Assembly: GCA_963674945.2 (NCBI GenBank) | Contig: CAXXWQ010000002.1 | Coordinates: 384,001-448,000, forward strand | Origin: an uncultured Desulfosarcina sp. | Lineage (GTDB): Bacteria; Desulfobacterota; Desulfobacteria; Desulfobacterales; Desulfosarcinaceae | Direction: 5' to 3' | DNA length: 64,000 bases | Part shown: piece after piece, positions 61,169 to 64,000 of the stretch | Position numbering within the stretch: position 1 is the stretch's first letter | Layout of the letters: the number at the start of each line of letters is the position of its first letter | The notes under the pieces: model-generated | What the model saw: the letters and a program-made list of their open reading frames with translations, nothing else | The model's database searches: none | Told to the model about the DNA's origin: nothing | Made by a program: the position numbers and the translations under genes

Positions 61169-62065
61169 ATGCGTAGAACGATAATTTTTTGCATTTGCTC
61201 GTTATCCATTCTATCAATCTCATGTGGTCACCAGGCCAAAAAGCTCAATGCGGCCAATTCACGGCAGGCGCCCATCATTATTGATCACACCTGCACAGAC
61301 CTCGACCGTATTCCTGAGGAGTGGATTGGAAATGCCAAGAAGGACATCCGCATCGCTTATGGCCATACCTCCCACGGCAGTCAGATCATCAGCGGCATGG
61401 AACGTCTTTATCGTGAAAACAAGCTTTTTGCATTCAGCAACGCAGGCTATGGAAGCACTCTTGCCGTCTTTGACCGAGAACCCGGAGGTGATCTGGGAAA
61501 TCCCGACTGCGTCACGTGGGCCGAGCGTACGCGCGAGTACCTGAATTCATGGGGTGATGTAAATGTCATCATGTGGTCATGGTGCGGACAGGTTTCATCC
61601 GCAACCGACAAAGATATCGAAACCTACCTGAATTTAATGAATGAGCTCGAGAACGAATTTCCAGAAGTTGTCTTTGTCCATATGACAGGCCACTTGGACG
61701 GAACCGGTAAGAATGGCAACCTGAATGTAAGAAACGATCAGATCCGCCAGTATTGCAGGGAAAACAACAAGGTGTTGTATGATTTCGCCGATATTGAAAG
61801 CCATGACCCTGATGGCCGGTATCTGCTGGAAGAGTATGCGGACGATGGGTGCAATTACAGAAAGAACAACCAAAAGAGAAATTGGGCCGATGAGTGGTGT
61901 TTACGCCATCCAGGCAGTTGTGAACCATACGCGTGCGCCCATTCCAGACCTCTTAACTGCGATTTGAAAGCCAGAGCCTTTTGGTGGATGGTGGCACGGC
62001 TGGCTGGATGGGGGGATTCGCCACGGACCCACACGGACGCACACGGACAAAGAAAGAAAAGATAA
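61169..62065 (+). CDS. hypothetical lipoprotein, possible SGNH-like hydrolase fold
   Basis: Lipobox SISC; YGHTSHGSQI, MWSWCG, FADIES, CAHS. Confidence 0.65.
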   Translation: MRRTIIFCICSLSILSISCGHQAKKLNAANSRQAPIIIDHTCTDLDRIPEEWIGNAKKDIRIAYGHTSHGSQIISGMERLYRENKLFAFSNAGYGSTLAVFDREPGGDLGNPDCVTWAERTREYLNSWGDVNVIMWSWCGQVSSATDKDIETYLNLMNELENEFPEVVFVHMTGHLDGTGKNGNLNVRNDQIRQYCRENNKVLYDFADIESHDPDGRYLLEEYADDGCNYRKNNQKRNWADEWCLRHPGSCEPYACAHSRPLNCDLKARAFWWMVARLAGWGDSPRTHTDAHGQRKKR

Positions 62066-62181
62066 ATTCGCCACGGACCCACACGGACGCACACGGACAA
62101 AAAACAGATAGGAGATAGCGAACAGGAAGGAATAAAACTGCAAATCGCCTATTGACACACCCCAAAAGTCATTGAATTTTC

Positions 62182-62396
62182 GCTATCAGCTATCAGCTAT
62201 CAGCTATCAGCTATCAGCTATCAGCTATCAGCTATCAGCTATCAGCTATCAGCTATCAGCTATCAGCTATCAGCTATCAGCTATCAGCTATCAGCTATCA
62301 GCTATCAGCTATCAGCTATCAGCTATCAGCTATCAGCTATCAGCTATCAGCTATCAGCTATCAGCTATCAGCTATCAGCTATCAGCTATCAGCTAT
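62182..62396 (+). repeat. perfect heptanucleotide tandem repeat (GCTATCA)x30 + GCTAT
   Basis: 210 bp of exact units. Confidence 0.97.
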
Positions 62397-62472
62397 ATCG
62401 TCTGTGTTCGTCCGTGTGTGTCCGTGGCTAAAATTAAACGGCTCTGACGAAAAAGAATTTAGAAAAGCTTTA

Positions 62473-64000
62473 ATGAAAAATACAACAATCCTATTGATGG
62501 CAGCGGCCATCAGTTTATTGCTTTCCTGTAACCAGGATACACGAAGTCAATTCGCGGAATTGGTGACAGCAGGTCAGGAAAGTTACGATGCCGGCGACTA
62601 TGCCCACGCCGTCGGGCAGTGGGACGCTGCCTTGCAGCTTGCACCAGACAAACCCGAGCTCTTGGTGAAGATTGCAAATGCCTACCAGCGATCGGGAGAA
62701 TTCGACAAATCAAACGAAAAACTTCAACAGGCCATCGAGAAAAATTCTCAATCTGTCGAATGTTATTATAAGATGGCCCAAAATCATATCTTGTCCGGTT
62801 ATTTCGATTCGGCCCTGGAAATTTGCCGGAATCTAGAAAAGATGACGCGCCGGGACTATCGACTGATCCTCCTGGAAGGTGATATCTCCTCTTTTAAAGG
62901 GGATTACGATGAAGGCGAATCCCTTTACAGGGAAGCAATCCGGTCAAAAAGCGCACCTTGGGAGGGATATTTCAAGCTGGCGGCCAACCTGTTGGCACAG
63001 GAACGGCCTGATGATGCAGATCAATGTTTCCAGAACGCGGTGAATACCGGTGATCGAACGGCGATCTTGTACTGGCTCCACCGGGCTGAATTCATGGCTT
63101 TGAACGGGGACGCCGAGAGCGCGGAGGCGGCGATGAAGCAAGCCCTGGAGATCGAACCGGACGATCTTTTCATCAAACTGCGAATCGTCAACCTGATGTT
63201 ATCCTATAAAAAGTACGAGTCCCTGCTGGCCTTTTTGGGTGAGCCGGCCGAAGATGAAACGGAGCATCCGGCCATCGAGAAGATAAGGGCGGAGACACTG
63301 CTCAATACCCATCGGCTTGACAAGGCTCGTCCCCTGATCATGCGTCACCGCCTTTCCTCCGATGCCGAGTGGATGCTGGTTTCAGGAAAATACAACCTTC
63401 TGCGCGGAAATGAAACCGCTGCTATCGGTAATCTGGAGATGGCGCTGGAAAAACGAAAAGAGGATCCCAATGCATACTACATGCTGGCGTTGGCCTATAT
63501 AGCCGGCGATAAACTCAATTTGGCAAGCCAGACCCTGATTCAATGTCTCACGCGTTTTCCCCATATGACGGAAGCGCAAATGGCGCTGGCAGCCATTTAT
63601 TACATGAAAGAGGATTACGATCTCAGCGTGGATTATCTGGAAAGGGTGATATCCCATAACCCTGAAAATTTCAGGGCACATCTTTTGCTCGGCAACTGCA
63701 TGCTGGCGACCGGTCAACTCGTTGCGGCCGAGCAAGATTTCAAAAAGGCCACGATCCTCGCCCCCCAATCGATACCCGCACGATACAATCTGGCCTGGCT
63801 CTATCTCGAAAAGGACGTTAACCTGGCAAACGCCTTTGACCTGGCCCGAAAAGCATTCGAAGCAAAACCGGACAATTCGCATTTTGCCCATACACTGGGA
63901 TGGGCGTACCATAAGAAATGTATCAACAATCAGGCCCAGTGGTATTTAAACGAGGCCATACGTCTGGCAGGCGGTCAGGAAAAGGAGTGCAACCCGTATA
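62473..64000 (+). CDS. TPR-repeat lipoprotein, PrsT-like (exosortase/PEP-CTERM system), runs off window
   Basis: MKNTTILLMAAAISLLLSC lipobox; TPR motifs, AHTLGWAYHKK; no stop before the window end, so absent from the ORF track. Confidence 0.8.
   Translation, partial: MKNTTILLMAAAISLLLSCNQDTRSQFAELVTAGQESYDAGDYAHAVGQWDAALQLAPDKPELLVKIANAYQRSGEFDKSNEKLQQAIEKNSQSVECYYKMAQNHILSGYFDSALEICRNLEKMTRRDYRLILLEGDISSFKGDYDEGESLYREAIRSKSAPWEGYFKLAANLLAQERPDDADQCFQNAVNTGDRTAILYWLHRAEFMALNGDAESAEAAMKQALEIEPDDLFIKLRIVNLMLSYKKYESLLAFLGEPAEDETEHPAIEKIRAETLLNTHRLDKARPLIMRHRLSSDAEWMLVSGKYNLLRGNETAAIGNLEMALEKRKEDPNAYYMLALAYIAGDKLNLASQTLIQCLTRFPHMTEAQMALAAIYYMKEDYDLSVDYLERVISHNPENFRAHLLLGNCMLATGQLVAAEQDFKKATILAPQSIPARYNLAWLYLEKDVNLANAFDLARKAFEAKPDNSHFAHTLGWAYHKKCINNQAQWYLNEAIRLAGGQEKECNPY

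Noticed and set aside
62182..62396. Possible CRISPR array
   Set aside because: No spacers, 7-bp unit, no cas genes; the 39354/39615 duplication is also too long and has only two copies
62172..62447. ORF with (LSAISYQ)n
   Set aside because: Translation of the heptamer tract; no RBS and no coding evidence
63382..63912. 176-aa minus-strand ORF
   Set aside because: Antisense shadow of the TPR gene
2..64000. Diversity-generating retroelement or retron suggested by the Avd-like gene
   Set aside because: No reverse transcriptase and no adenine-specific TR/VR pair seen in the window

Overview
Bacterial window, most consistent with a Desulfobacterales-like deltaproteobacterium (inferred from gene content and IS types). 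1-38.3 kb is an AT-rich, plus-strand exosortase/EpsI exopolysaccharide cluster: glycosyltransferases, Wzx, Wzy, acyl/acetyltransferases, two CapA, ATP-grasp, B12 radical SAM, sulfotransferase and deacetylase. It is interrupted by IS66, IS1595, IS1634 and IS remnants. It includes an M28-fold lipoprotein whose in-frame TGA (11842-11844) is followed by an fdhF-like SECIS hairpin, so it is probably an unannotated selenoprotein (C-x-U) with a remodelled metal site. 38.5-60 kb is a very dense toxin-antitoxin array: about 12 intact pairs, a Fic gene and about 10 decayed or duplicated modules. Most modules carry their own promoter and operator. They are separated by strand-polarised 7-nt-period repeat blocks and longer direct repeats, and sit alongside four-helix-bundle, GxxExxY and RAYT-like remnants. 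This suggests an integrase-free, repeat-based cassette platform. The window ends with a lipoprotein, a perfect (GCTATCA)x30 tract and a PrsT-like TPR lipoprotein that runs off the edge. All family calls are by eye from motifs; no searches were run.
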